Position numbers and translations under genes: made by a program. Below the pieces are notes generated by a model. It was not told the origin of the DNA and made no database searches. It worked only from the letters and a program-made list of their open reading frames with translations. Below, one piece after another: positions 63,807 through 64,000 of a stretch of DNA of 64,000 nucleotides. The stretch is from an uncultured Clostridia bacterium (lineage in GTDB: Bacteria > Bacillota > Clostridia > TANB77 > CAG-508). Position 1 is the stretch's first letter. The number at the start of each line of letters is the position of its first letter. The stretch covers positions 3,106 to 67,105 of the forward strand of contig CALXBX010000051.1 in assembly GCA_944386655.1 (NCBI GenBank). Direction: 5' to 3'.

Positions 63807-64000
63807 GAGACAGATTTTGCAGAAATCAAAAGTAGCAAACAATACAATTATGTTAATGATATTTAATGTAGCTAAAATTCTTTTTCCTTTTATCACATTA
63901 CCTTATTTAACTAGAGTGTTAAGTACGGATACGTATGGTACAGTTACTTATGTAAAAACGGTAATGACATATATGCAACTATTAGTAGATTTTGGATTTG
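63807..64000 (+). CDS. 5' part of a second Wzx-type flippase (runs off the window)
   Basis: TTG after AGGGGAGAG. My own translation gives LQKSKVANNTIMLMIFNVAKILFPFITLPYLTRVLSTDTYGTVTYVKTVMTYMQLLVDFGF, a typical flippase N-terminus. Confidence 0.7.

Overview
This is a very AT-rich 64-kb chromosomal segment, coded almost entirely on the + strand. It looks like a low-GC, spore-forming Firmicute of Clostridia type (spoIIM, rny, T-box tyrS, secG-rnr, sortase-type sorting signal, cohesin/dockerin). It has three parts. (i) 1-13.7 kb holds the 3' end of larC, then an array of paralogous genes. Their products share one prepilin-like (class III-type, Glu5-less) N-terminal module fused to unrelated extracellular cargo: GLUG, LamG, two GH5 + DUF285/BspA-repeat proteins and one unknown domain. 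These genes sit in blocks bounded by a 20-nt direct-repeat box and are interleaved with maa, T-box-controlled tyrS, a half-size CaCA gene and dps. (ii) 13.7-37 kb is housekeeping: class B and class A PBPs, tmcAL, coaE, an EndoQ-like gene, spoIIM, xerD, rny, cysS, ftsH, a pseudouridine synthase, secG and rnr. It also contains REP/REPIN-like palindrome doublets, a frameshifted rnhA and an orphan NPPF methyltransferase-like gene. (iii) 37-64 kb is an accessory surface-glycan region. It starts at an Rpn-type nuclease gene bounded by 26-bp direct repeats at the rnr stop codon. It then carries Wzx/Wzy EPS locus 1, a DUF1828/1829 gene, an LRR-dockerin plus sortase-anchored cohesin gene pair, and EPS locus 2 (Wzz, BY-kinase, phosphatase, LCP, second priming transferase and more), which runs off the window. 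I saw no rRNA, tRNA, CRISPR array or prophage. The best candidate for an undescribed system is the boxed cassette array of pilin-signal + enzyme/adhesin fusion genes at 0.2-8 kb and 12.5-13.7 kb. All domain calls come from reading motifs by eye; no searches were run.
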